DNA from: Firmicutes bacterium CAG:341
Lineage (GTDB): Bacteria > Bacillota > Clostridia > Oscillospirales > Acutalibacteraceae
Direction of reading: 5' to 3'
Assembly: GCA_000434995.1 (NCBI GenBank)
Contig: FR895304.1
Location: 29,582 to 93,581 of the forward strand
Length of the DNA: 64,000 bases
In this document: positions 40,534-49,091 of the stretch, in pieces
Numbering within the stretch: position 1 is the stretch's first letter
Layout of the letters: every line of letters begins with the position of its first letter
Position numbers and translations under genes: made by a program
The notes under the pieces: generated by a model
The model's input: the letters and a program-made list of their open reading frames with translations, nothing else
The model's database searches: none
Told to the model about the DNA's origin: nothing

Positions 40534-41550
40534 ATGTCAGTATTAGTTACAGGTGGCCTTGGCTACATCGGTTCACACACTTGTGTTGAACTTATGAATG
40601 CCGGTCAAGAAATTGTGGTTGTTGATAATCTTTATAATTGCAAAAAAAGCTCATATGACAGAATTAAAGCTTTAACAGGAAAAGATTTCAGCTTTTATGA
40701 ATGTGACATTAGAAACAAAGAAGGATTAAACGAAGTTTTTGAAAAAGAAAACATTACATCTGTAATCCATTTTGCAGGTTTAAAAGCTGTCGGTGAAAGC
40801 GTGCGCAAACCTCTTGAATATTTTGATAACAATATTACAGGCACACTTGTTTTGCTTGATGTAATGAGAAAGCACAATTGTAAAAAAATTGTATTTTCAT
40901 CATCAGCCACTGTTTATGGAATGAACAATGTATCCCCTCTTACCGAAGATATGGAAGTCGGCGGAGTTACAAACCCATACGGCAGAACTAAGTTTATGAT
41001 TGAATGTATACTTAAAGACCTTTATGTTTCAGATAACAGCTGGTCAATCTGCCTGCTTCGTTACTTCAACCCAATCGGTGCACATAAAAGCGGCACAATG
41101 GGTGAAGACCCTAACGGTATTCCAAACAACCTTATGCCATATATTACTCAAGTGGCAATCGGCAAACTTGACCACCTTAATGTTTTCGGCGATGATTATG
41201 ACACTCCTGACGGAACAGGCGTTCGCGACTATATTCATGTAGTTGATTTGGCACTCGGCCACATCAAAGCTGTTGAAAAAGTTGAGGGCGAAGACGGACT
41301 CTTTATCTACAATCTCGGTACAGGTGTAGGATATTCCGTTCTTGATGTAGTAAAAGCATTTGAAAAAGCATCAGGCAAGAAAATTCCTTATGTAATCGGT
41401 CCACGCCGTGATGGTGACATTGCGACTTGCTATTCAGACCCAAGCAAAGCACTTAAAGAACTCGGTTGGAAAGCTGAAAGAGGCATTGAAGAAATGTGTG
41501 AGGACAGCTGGAGATGGCAAAGCCAAAACCCTAACGGTTACCCGGATTGA
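40534..41550 (+). CDS. galE: UDP-glucose 4-epimerase.
   Basis: 338 aa. VTGGLGYIGSH Rossmann motif and the YxxxK catalytic motif. Confidence 0.9.
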   Translation: MSVLVTGGLGYIGSHTCVELMNAGQEIVVVDNLYNCKKSSYDRIKALTGKDFSFYECDIRNKEGLNEVFEKENITSVIHFAGLKAVGESVRKPLEYFDNNITGTLVLLDVMRKHNCKKIVFSSSATVYGMNNVSPLTEDMEVGGVTNPYGRTKFMIECILKDLYVSDNSWSICLLRYFNPIGAHKSGTMGEDPNGIPNNLMPYITQVAIGKLDHLNVFGDDYDTPDGTGVRDYIHVVDLALGHIKAVEKVEGEDGLFIYNLGTGVGYSVLDVVKAFEKASGKKIPYVIGPRRDGDIATCYSDPSKALKELGWKAERGIEEMCEDSWRWQSQNPNGYPD

Positions 41551-41571
41551 TAATAAATTAAAAAAAGATAT

Positions 41572-41602
41572 AAGGACAACGGATATAACATCCGTTGTCC
41601 TT
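41572..41602. terminator. Terminator hairpin, copy 1 of a duplicated ~40-nt element.
   Basis: 12-bp stem aaggacaacgga/tccgttgtcctt with loop tataaca. Identical to the copy at 43292-43322. The T-tract is on the minus strand. Confidence 0.6.
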
Positions 41603-41610
41603 TAGTTATA

Positions 41611-41639
41611 TTGACACAGTAATTTTGATATTGTATAAT
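41611..41639 (+). promoter_or_regulatory. Perfect-consensus sigma-A promoter (TTGACA, 17 bp, TG-TATAAT) driving the small-peptide transcript.
   Basis: TTGACA at 41611-41616 and TATAAT at 41634-41639 with a 17-nt spacer and a TG immediately upstream of the -10. Confidence 0.6.
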
Positions 41640-41708
41640 TATTTCGGATAAGGAAAACTACCAGATACGGTAGGCGGTCAATCTTGCTCCCGAAAGGGAG
41701 TGATACCT

Positions 41709-41783
41709 ATGGAACAATTTGCTTATATTATACTTATTTTAATTTTTGCAACAGGTTACATCACGGTACTAAAAAAGAAATAA
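41709..41783 (+). CDS. 24-aa hydrophobic peptide with a C-terminal KKK tail. Candidate type I toxin.
   Basis: Translation MEQFAYIILILIFATGYITVLKKK. The GGGAG ribosome-binding site forms the 3' arm of a ctccc-gaaa-gggag hairpin. It lies between convergent consensus promoters. Confidence 0.35.
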   Translation: MEQFAYIILILIFATGYITVLKKK

Positions 41784-41862
41784 ACCGCCCTGCTCCAACA
41801 TTGCGGTTTATTTCTTAATAAATCCATATGGGAGCGACCGTCTATCGGCAAGCTCCTTATCT
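41770..41862 (-). ncRNA. Predicted ~90-nt antisense sRNA overlapping the 3' end of the peptide ORF. Candidate type I antitoxin.
   Basis: It starts ~7 nt downstream of the consensus minus-strand promoter at 41869-41897 and ends at the bidirectional terminator. No ORF. Confidence 0.3.
41778..41813. terminator. Bidirectional terminator shared by the peptide mRNA and the antisense transcript.
   Basis: 11-bp stem aaataaaccgc/gcggtttattt with a 14-nt loop. Strong U-tract on the minus strand (cttttttag), weaker on the plus strand. Confidence 0.5.
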
Positions 41863-41868
41863 ATTTTT

Positions 41869-41897
41869 ATTATATAGCAACAAATTTTATTTGTCAA
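41869..41897 (-). promoter_or_regulatory. Perfect-consensus sigma-A promoter (TTGACA, 17 bp, TATAAT) on the minus strand, convergent with the peptide promoter.
   Basis: Minus-strand TTGACA at 41892-41897 and TATAAT at 41869-41874 with a 17-nt spacer. It sits downstream of the zinc-ribbon gene stop, so it is not that gene's promoter. Confidence 0.55.
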
Positions 41898-41934
41898 CAA
41901 TTATAATATATTAACCAGCTTTACATATTTATAT

Positions 41935-42987
41935 TTATGCAGCATAATCATCACTTGATTCATCATTATCTTCTTCAGAATCAGATTCATCACTTGATGA
42001 ATGTTTTAAATTTTTCACTTCTTCTATATAAGAAATCTTGCTCAATAATTTCTTCTCATTTAAGCCATTTATTCTATCACAAATTCCATTCTTTACTTCA
42101 TATGATTCATTATAAATAATTTTAGTTATGTTCTTTCTTGCTGCATTATCTAAAAGTTTTTCAATTTCATCTTCATAATCATCAAAAGAGTATATTTCTT
42201 CTTCCTCTAGGTCACTTACAGATGTCCACAACGAATATTCATTTTTATCTGTATCATATGTGTATAGTGCATAATTGGAAACAGTTCCACCATAAGAATT
42301 ACTTCCAGATATTGATAATACAAACATATCATCATCTACATCTATCCAAACATTATTCAACTTAAACGAATCTGGATTTTTCAAGTTTTTTTTATATTCT
42401 TGCGCCAATACCGCTATGATATTTTCATAAAGAACAAAGTCTTTTTCTCCATTTTTTGCTTTTTTGTATGCTTTTTCGTATTCGCCTTGAGAGAGTAATG
42501 TTTCAGTTGACACGAATATTTTAGGTAACACTTCTGCACCTGTTCCAACTAATATTGCTAATATAACAACAATCGCAATTATTTTGCTTATCGTCTTACC
42601 TTGTTTAGAAGTTTTAATACTTTTTACATTTTTGTCAATGTTTGCTTTGATATTCATATTAGTTAATTTGTATCCACAATTAACACAAAATTTTTGTTTT
42701 TCCTCTAACAAAGCACCACATTTAGGACAATGTTTTATATTTGGATCATTGACAGAGATGCCGCAATATGAACAATAATCGTTACCATCCAAAATTTCAT
42801 TTCCGCAATATTTACAAAATTTCTTATTGACTGATGCATTAGGAATTTGCATTTCACTTTCATTATTGATAGCATCACTTTCAATGTCATTTTCGCTCAA
42901 TGCTAAGGATTCATCTTTTTCATTTTCTTTATTTTGAACATCTGTATTTCCATTATCCAAAGTATTATATTTTAAATTCTCATCCAT
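41935..42987 (-). CDS. Double zinc-ribbon membrane protein of unknown function.
   Basis: Two CxxC-x(n)-CxxC ribbons (CKYCGNE…CSYCG and CPKCGAL…CVNCG), one transmembrane helix (IIAIVVILAILVG), an extracytoplasmic domain and an acidic Ser/Asp/Glu tail. Start taken at MDENLKYN (AAAAGGGG ribosome-binding site). The ORF track extends it to 43101. Confidence 0.55.
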   Translation of the reverse strand: MDENLKYNTLDNGNTDVQNKENEKDESLALSENDIESDAINNESEMQIPNASVNKKFCKYCGNEILDGNDYCSYCGISVNDPNIKHCPKCGALLEEKQKFCVNCGYKLTNMNIKANIDKNVKSIKTSKQGKTISKIIAIVVILAILVGTGAEVLPKIFVSTETLLSQGEYEKAYKKAKNGEKDFVLYENIIAVLAQEYKKNLKNPDSFKLNNVWIDVDDDMFVLSISGSNSYGGTVSNYALYTYDTDKNEYSLWTSVSDLEEEEIYSFDDYEDEIEKLLDNAARKNITKIIYNESYEVKNGICDRINGLNEKKLLSKISYIEEVKNLKHSSSDESDSEEDNDESSDDYAA

Positions 42988-43022
42988 ACTCTTTTCCCCT
43001 TTTGATATATTCATCCTCATTA

Positions 43023-43063
43023 TAGAACAGATTGTTCTAATTGTCAATAGAACATATTGTTCT
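43023..43063. promoter_or_regulatory. Two palindromic operator-like sites in the divergent XRE / zinc-ribbon intergenic region.
   Basis: TAGAACAgatTGTTCTA at 43023-43039 and TAGAACAtatTGTTCT at 43048-43063. Centres are 25 bp apart. Confidence 0.5.
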
Positions 43064-43089
43064 TCCATATAATAAATACGGTGATAAAA

Positions 43090-43293
43090 ATGAAGTATCA
43101 ACGCATAAGGGATTTGAGAGAAGACAGTGATTTAACCCAAACCCAAATTGGCGAAAATTTGAATATACCACAGCGAACATATGCATATTACGAAAGCGGT
43201 GAAAGAACAATCCCGCCGGAAATTTTAATTGCACTTGCTGATTTTTATAACACAAGTGTAGATTACATTCTCGGCAGAACCGACAAAAGATAA
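43090..43293 (+). CDS. XRE family helix-turn-helix transcriptional regulator (67 aa).
   Basis: Translation MKYQRIRDLREDSDLTQTQIGENLNIPQRTYAYYESGERTIPPEILIALADFYNTSVDYILGRTDKR, a Cro/C1-type HTH. Confidence 0.8.
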   Translation: MKYQRIRDLREDSDLTQTQIGENLNIPQRTYAYYESGERTIPPEILIALADFYNTSVDYILGRTDKR

Positions 43294-43330
43294 GGACAAC
43301 GGATATAACATCCGTTGTCCTTATTTTTTG
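43292..43330 (+). terminator. Terminator hairpin, copy 2 of the duplicated element, followed by TTATTTTTT.
   Basis: Same 12-bp stem and loop as copy 1. It overlaps the XRE stop codon. Confidence 0.7.
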
Positions 43331-43335
43331 ATTCA

Positions 43336-43728
43336 TTACAATATATCAGCCAATGTTTTAGATGAAAGAAAATCTTCAATCACATCATCAAGTTCTTTCC
43401 ACAAAACATAAGTTTTGCAGCTTGGTGCGTTTTTGCAGTCACCGTCGCTCACACAAGCAACAGGAGCAAGGCTGCCCTCGGCAGCATTTAGAATTGAAGA
43501 AATCGTGTAATCTGCCGGCTCACGATTAAGCATATATCCGCCGTTTTTACCACGAACACTTTTTAAAAGTCCGTTTTTATTCAGCGAAGATACAATAATT
43601 TCAAGATACTTAATTCCGATATTTTCGCGCTCGGCAATATCTTTAAGTGAAACGGGACCGCCCTCTTGATTTTCGGCAAGGTCAACCATAATTCTAAGGG
43701 CATATCTGCCCTTGGTTGAAACCATCAT
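43336..43728 (-). CDS. Rrf2 family transcriptional regulator, probably Fe-S binding (IscR-like cysteines).
   Basis: 130 aa. N-terminal wHTH MMVSTKGRYALRIMVDLA. CVSDGDC…C cysteine cluster. Confidence 0.8.
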   Translation of the reverse strand: MMVSTKGRYALRIMVDLAENQEGGPVSLKDIAERENIGIKYLEIIVSSLNKNGLLKSVRGKNGGYMLNREPADYTISSILNAAEGSLAPVACVSDGDCKNAPSCKTYVLWKELDDVIEDFLSSKTLADIL

Positions 43729-46040
43729 TATGCCTCACCTCCGAAAAACTCTTTTGCTATTCTGACGCTTTCCATAGCGTCTTTAGCGTACCAATCGGCA
43801 TTTATCATTTGGGCATATGATTTAGTAAGAACTGCGCCGCCTACAAATACTTTAGCGTCGGTATTATCGTGAATAAGTTTAATGGTTTTTTCCATATTAG
43901 GAACAGTAGTAGTCATAAGTGCTGAAAGGCCTACAAGCTTAACATTTTGCTTTTGCACTTCTTCAAGCACTCTTTCGCACTTCACATCTTTTCCTAAATC
44001 TATAATATCAAATCCATAATTTGACATAAGAACTTTAACAATATTCTTACCAATATCGTGAATATCACCCTCAACTGTGGCAATTACAACCTTATGCTCG
44101 CTTTTCTTTTCCTGGCCTGAAAGAATGAGGTGCTCTTTAATAACATCAAATGCAGATTTTGCGGAATCAGCACTCATAAGAAGCTGCGGTAAAAAGATTT
44201 TGTTTTTTTCAAAACCGTCACCCACAACATCAAGTGCCGGAATTATATAATTATTTATGACATCAAGTGCCTGGGTATCTTTTAAAAGTTCTTTAGCACA
44301 GGCACCTGCGTCTTCTTTCATACCTTTAATAATAGCGGTTTTAAGGTCTGTTACACCTGATGAGGCATTATTATTTGCCGATTGAGTAACAGACTCGATA
44401 TATTCGGTGCAATTATCATCAAAACCTTCAAGTGCATTATATGAATAATAAGCATTCATCATACTTTCACTAAGCGGATTGATAATACCTGCTGATAATC
44501 CTGCTTTAAGCGCAAGTGTAAAGAAAGCTGTGTTAATAGCTTCACGCTTAGGCAAACCGAAGCTGATATTTGACACGCCCAAAACAGTACCAACACCAAG
44601 TTCATGCCTGATATATTCAACAGCTTTAAGTGTTTCCTTGGCATTATCCTTATTAGTTGATATTGTCATAACAAGGGCGTCAACCACAAGGTCTTTTTTA
44701 TCAATACCGTAGCTTTCGGCTGTTTTAATTATTTTTTCAGCGATAGCAATTCTGCCCTTGGCTGTTTCAGGAATACCGTTTTCATCAAGGCAAAGGCAAA
44801 CAACAACACCGCCGTATTTTTGAACAAGCGGAAAAACTTCATTCATAGATGATTGCTTACCGTTAACGGAGTTAATCATAGCCTTGCCGTTATACATACG
44901 CATAGCTTTTTCAAGAGCTTGGGTATTACTTGAATCAAGCTGAAGCGGAAGAGGAAGTACACTTTGAAGATTAAACACAGCGTCTTGAAGCATTTGCACC
45001 TCGTCAATTTCAGGCAAGCCCACATTAACATCAAGTATATGCGCACCCTTTTCCTGCTGTGCAATACCCTCTTTAATTATATAATCAATATTATTATTTC
45101 TAAGTGCTTCTTTAAAAAGTTTTTTGCCGGTAGGGTTAATTCTTTCACCTATTACAACAGGCTTTTGCCCAATTGTAACTGAAGTTGAATATGAGCAAAC
45201 AACCGTATCATTTTTCTTTTCGGGAATATTATCGTCAATATCCTTGCAAAGTTCAATCATTCTTTTAATATGCGCCGGCGTAGTACCGCAGCATCCGCCT
45301 AAAATAGAAACACCGAGTTCGGCAATTTCTTTCATATCATTAGCAAATTCATCAGGTGATACATTATAAACCGTCTTTCCGTCAACAGATTCCGGAAGCC
45401 CTGCATTCGGCATAACTATAATAGGAAGTGATGTACACTCACGAAGCTCTTTAACAAGCGGTATCATCTGCTTAGGGCCTAAACCGCAGTTAAATCCGAT
45501 TGCGTCTACCCTTAAACCTTCAAGCATTGCAACAGCACTTTTAACATCGCCGCCCGTGAGAAGCCTGCCCGATTCATCAAAAATCATAGAAGTAATAATC
45601 GGCAAATCAGAATTTTCCTTAACTGCAAGTACCGCTGCTTTGAGTTCATACATATCGCTCATAGTTTCAATAATTGCAACATCTGAACCGTCTTTACCTG
45701 CTCTTACAACTTCACCGAAAAGTTCAACAGCCTTTTCAAATTCAAGGTCGCCCATAGGTTTTAAAAGTTTACCCGTCGGCCCTAAATCAAGAGCAACTTT
45801 TTTGCCTGCTTTTTTTGCAAGTGCAACACCTGCTTTTACAAGTTCATCAACATTATCATATTTAAGTGAATTTGCGCCAAAGGTGTTTGCAGTAATAAAC
45901 TGCGCACCTGCTTTTGCATAAGCATCATGCACCGCAAAAACCCTTTCCGGATCACTGATATTAAGTTTTTCAGGCAATTCGCCCGCCGCAAGGTTGAGCA
46001 TACTGCCCATACCGCCATCAAAGAATTTAATCATTTTCAA
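43728..46040 (-). CDS. metH: Cobalamin-dependent methionine synthase core (Hcy-binding, pterin-binding and B12-binding domains) lacking the reactivation domain.
   Basis: 770 aa. N-terminal Hcy S-methyltransferase domain and the DIHDIGKNIV B12-binding motif. Confidence 0.85.
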   Translation of the reverse strand: MKMIKFFDGGMGSMLNLAAGELPEKLNISDPERVFAVHDAYAKAGAQFITANTFGANSLKYDNVDELVKAGVALAKKAGKKVALDLGPTGKLLKPMGDLEFEKAVELFGEVVRAGKDGSDVAIIETMSDMYELKAAVLAVKENSDLPIITSMIFDESGRLLTGGDVKSAVAMLEGLRVDAIGFNCGLGPKQMIPLVKELRECTSLPIIVMPNAGLPESVDGKTVYNVSPDEFANDMKEIAELGVSILGGCCGTTPAHIKRMIELCKDIDDNIPEKKNDTVVCSYSTSVTIGQKPVVIGERINPTGKKLFKEALRNNNIDYIIKEGIAQQEKGAHILDVNVGLPEIDEVQMLQDAVFNLQSVLPLPLQLDSSNTQALEKAMRMYNGKAMINSVNGKQSSMNEVFPLVQKYGGVVVCLCLDENGIPETAKGRIAIAEKIIKTAESYGIDKKDLVVDALVMTISTNKDNAKETLKAVEYIRHELGVGTVLGVSNISFGLPKREAINTAFFTLALKAGLSAGIINPLSESMMNAYYSYNALEGFDDNCTEYIESVTQSANNNASSGVTDLKTAIIKGMKEDAGACAKELLKDTQALDVINNYIIPALDVVGDGFEKNKIFLPQLLMSADSAKSAFDVIKEHLILSGQEKKSEHKVVIATVEGDIHDIGKNIVKVLMSNYGFDIIDLGKDVKCERVLEEVQKQNVKLVGLSALMTTTVPNMEKTIKLIHDNTDAKVFVGGAVLTKSYAQMINADWYAKDAMESVRIAKEFFGGEA

Positions 46041-46584
46041 TACCTATAAAAGCAGTAACGGATTTAGACGGAACCATTTGGTAAGTATCCGTAAGAGTTA
46101 ATCCTATACGCTTTGTTATATCCATAAGTTCAAAAAACTTTTTGTTTTCTTTTATATCCAGGTCAAAATAACCGGGTGAATACCTCATACGAAGAGTCAT
46201 ACCCTGCGCTTTAAGTTCATCCTCAATACCGTCGCATACCTCTTCGATTTTAGAAGCAAGGCACGCTTGAAGCACCATTGTTCTTGTAATATCATTTGAG
46301 GTGTAGGTGCGTAATAATCTGTCACATTCCGTTCCCAAAGTAGCACCAAAAAGGCAAACCTTTTTACACCCTTTCATGTTTTCGGCAAGACGCTTGCTTT
46401 TAAACACTTGATTTTCAATAATAACTTCGTCTTCGTTTACAGTACACTCAAAAATTCTGCTGATAGTTTTAGGTCTGACACTTTTATTAACCTCATTGCA
46501 GCAATCGTCAATCAAATCAATCAGCCTTTTATCGTCAACTTTTGAATTTGTGCGCAAATAATGAAGTATCTCTGTTCTATTCAT
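46027..46584 (-). CDS. Stand-alone methionine synthase reactivation (AdoMet-binding) domain protein.
   Basis: 185 aa encoded between metF and the metH core. Size and position fit a split MetH. Confidence 0.55.
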   Translation of the reverse strand: MNRTEILHYLRTNSKVDDKRLIDLIDDCCNEVNKSVRPKTISRIFECTVNEDEVIIENQVFKSKRLAENMKGCKKVCLFGATLGTECDRLLRTYTSNDITRTMVLQACLASKIEEVCDGIEDELKAQGMTLRMRYSPGYFDLDIKENKKFFELMDITKRIGLTLTDTYQMVPSKSVTAFIGIEND

Positions 46585-47452
46585 TTATTATTGCTGAAAG
46601 TCCTTCCATAATTTGATGTGCAACATCAGGCTTGTTCATAGTGTAAATGTGGATATTATTAACACCGTTTGCCATTAAATCAATAATTTGCTCTGTTGCA
46701 TATACAATGCCTGCCTGCTTCATAGCATCCGGATTTTCACCGAATCTTTCCATAATTTTGCTGAACTTAACAGGGAGTGAAGCATTTGAAAGTTCAACGC
46801 TTCGCTTAATTTGATTTGCATTAGTAATCGGCATAATACCTGCAATTATAGGAATATTTATTTCCTTAATCGCACACATTTCACGGAAGTTATAGAACTT
46901 CTCATTATCAAAAAACATTTGAGTTGTGATAAAATCAACACCGCAATCAACTTTTTCTTTAAGTCGTGCAATATCTTCCACCCTGTTTTTAGATTCAGGA
47001 TGAGTTTCAGGATAGCAAGCAGCACCTATGCAAAACTTATTCCTCGCCTTAATTTCGCTAACAAGTTCAAATGCGTTATGATAATACTGATTTTTACCCA
47101 TTTCAAAATCTTTTGGTATATCACCGCGAAGCGCAAGTACATTTTCAATACCGTTTGCTTCAAGTTCATCAAGAACAGAATTGATTTTTTCCTTGGTTGA
47201 AGTAAGGCAAGTTAAATGTGAAAGCGGCTCAACCCCACCCTGCTTAATGGCATTTGCGATTTCAGTAGTAAATCCGCTTGTAGTTCCGGCAGCACCGTAT
47301 GTAACGCTCATAAATGACGGCTTATCTTTTACCATTTCGTCTACTACTTTTTTGGTATTTGCAATTTTATCCCACTGTTTAGGAGGAAAAACCTCAAATG
47401 AAACAGTAACCTTTTTATTATTTATTATATCTTTAATTTTCATTATAACCAC
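46577..47452 (-). CDS. metF: 5,10-methylenetetrahydrofolate reductase.
   Basis: 291 aa, MTHFR family TIM barrel. Confidence 0.85.
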   Translation of the reverse strand: MVIMKIKDIINNKKVTVSFEVFPPKQWDKIANTKKVVDEMVKDKPSFMSVTYGAAGTTSGFTTEIANAIKQGGVEPLSHLTCLTSTKEKINSVLDELEANGIENVLALRGDIPKDFEMGKNQYYHNAFELVSEIKARNKFCIGAACYPETHPESKNRVEDIARLKEKVDCGVDFITTQMFFDNEKFYNFREMCAIKEINIPIIAGIMPITNANQIKRSVELSNASLPVKFSKIMERFGENPDAMKQAGIVYATEQIIDLMANGVNNIHIYTMNKPDVAHQIMEGLSAIINE

Positions 47453-47484
47453 CCGATTTTTAACAAATACATATTTCAGTAGAC

Positions 47485-47513
47485 ATTATACTACCTTTTT
47501 AGTAGGAATTCAA
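47485..47513 (-). promoter_or_regulatory. Putative sigma-A promoter of the metF-metH operon (TTGAAT, 17 bp, TATAAT).
   Basis: Minus-strand TTGAAT at 47508-47513 and TATAAT at 47485-47490, ~35 nt upstream of the metF start. No S-box or B12 riboswitch is visible. Confidence 0.45.
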
Positions 47514-47550
47514 GAAGATTTTACCCTATCTTCACTATAAGGATAAAGCT

Positions 47551-47580
47551 ATGGCTAAACAAAGCAGTATAGTTTTCGCT
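47551..47580. terminator. Hairpin terminator downstream of the hypothetical membrane protein gene.
   Basis: Perfect 12-bp stem aaagcagtatag/ctatactgcttt with a 6-nt loop. Confidence 0.45.
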
Positions 47581-47601
47581 ATACTGCTTTGTTTTGGCGG
47601 G

Positions 47602-48573
47602 TTATTTATCATCAACTATTAAACTAGTTGTTGAATAATATCGTGGATGTGTTTTTTCGACTTTTTTATTTAGTATTTTCGAGTGCAAAATTTCAATATT
47701 ATTTTCTATTTCATTTATATCTTTTCTTAAGATAATTTTATTAGTACAACAATCCAGCCGAGCAGAAATATTTAATTGATTTTCTGTATCAACTTCACAT
47801 AATTTGTTTTGCGTTTTTTCAATTATTCTTGCTGCTTCATAATAATAATTTGTACTTTTATCCTTTGATAAATCCGTTAGTTGTTTTGTTACATAGTTAA
47901 TTGAATCAAAATACGCATATATTTTCAAGTGCAAATTTAAAAATATCCATTTTTTATACTTTGTATTTCCCTTATTGCTTAAAAAAGATAGTTCCGAAAA
48001 ATAAGAATCAAGTTCATAAATTGAAACATTATTGGTAAAATCAATATAGCTTTCTATAACTTTATTCAATTTTTTTGTTATTGTTTTATATTCTTCGCAT
48101 ATTATTTCTTCAAATAAACTTTCATTATCAATTATGCTAGTGAATTTCTTATAATAACCTTTTAATTCATTTAAATTTTTGCTTTCTTTTTCCATAAAAT
48201 TCGCAGCAGGAAAGGTTCTATTTATTTCTTTATAATGGAAATAACCAATCAAAGCTTTCTCATAAGTTTCATATTGAAAATATTCTACTTTTAAAAACGA
48301 ATGTAATAGTTTATTCGATTCCACAAGATATTTTTCCAATGATTTCTTTTTCACAATATGATATTCGGGTCCGGAAATTCCGAAAGTAACAGCGCTACTG
48401 CAAAAAATACCAAATCCTAAATTTTTAATCAATTCAACCATCAACGGGTTTAAGAACATCTTATTAAAACAATAACCTAAAACGATAAGCAAAAAACCAA
48501 AAATAAATAAAATCAGCGATGAAATAATAACTACCTTTTTAGATTTCATAACTATATCCTTTCTTACAAGCAT
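47602..48573 (-). CDS. Hypothetical membrane protein with two N-terminal transmembrane helices, in an AT-rich islet.
   Basis: 323 aa. No recognisable domain. Very AT-rich coding sequence. Confidence 0.5.
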   Translation of the reverse strand: MLVRKDIVMKSKKVVIISSLILFIFGFLLIVLGYCFNKMFLNPLMVELIKNLGFGIFCSSAVTFGISGPEYHIVKKKSLEKYLVESNKLLHSFLKVEYFQYETYEKALIGYFHYKEINRTFPAANFMEKESKNLNELKGYYKKFTSIIDNESLFEEIICEEYKTITKKLNKVIESYIDFTNNVSIYELDSYFSELSFLSNKGNTKYKKWIFLNLHLKIYAYFDSINYVTKQLTDLSKDKSTNYYYEAARIIEKTQNKLCEVDTENQLNISARLDCCTNKIILRKDINEIENNIEILHSKILNKKVEKTHPRYYSTTSLIVDDK

Positions 48574-48578
48574 AAAAT

Positions 48579-49091
48579 TTAATTATGTAAGTTTAAAAAA
48601 TATTTACTTGAAATTTGCCTAAATCCAATTTTTTTATAAATATGAATTGCATCAGGTGTGTTAGTTGTAAGTGTAATATCCGTAAAGCCTTTTGATTTGG
48701 CAAACTCAAGCAAGCATTTAATAACCTGTTGTTGATAACCTTTACCACGGGCAGCAGGCTTTGTATATACACTTACCAAACAGCAGTGTCTACCGTTTTT
48801 ATCACAGCAAACGGTTATTTGCGGCAATTCAGTCAATTCTTCAAGTGCCGCCATCGCAACAGGCTTGTCATCAATATACATAACTGCAAAAAAGATAGAT
48901 GTGTTTAATTTATCTTCTAAATGATTTTTTGTTGTTTGCGCAAATTCATCCGAATAGCAAGAAAAATCTTTACCTAATGTTTTGTTCCAATCCTCAATTT
49001 GCATTTCAACTCTTAAATCAACAATATCATCTATATTTTCAAAAGTTGCAATTGCTGTTTTGTTAATTACTGTCACTCCTTTTTTGCACAT
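48579..49091 (-). CDS. GNAT family N-acetyltransferase.
   Basis: 170 aa. RGKGYQQQVI acetyl-CoA motif. Confidence 0.7.
   Translation of the reverse strand: MCKKGVTVINKTAIATFENIDDIVDLRVEMQIEDWNKTLGKDFSCYSDEFAQTTKNHLEDKLNTSIFFAVMYIDDKPVAMAALEELTELPQITVCCDKNGRHCCLVSVYTKPAARGKGYQQQVIKCLLEFAKSKGFTDITLTTNTPDAIHIYKKIGFRQISSKYFLNLHN

Noticed and set aside
47453-47601. Possible SAM (S-box) or cobalamin riboswitch upstream of metF-metH.
   Set aside because: The 5' UTR between the predicted -10 and the start codon is only ~40 nt. It lacks S-box or B12-box consensus elements.
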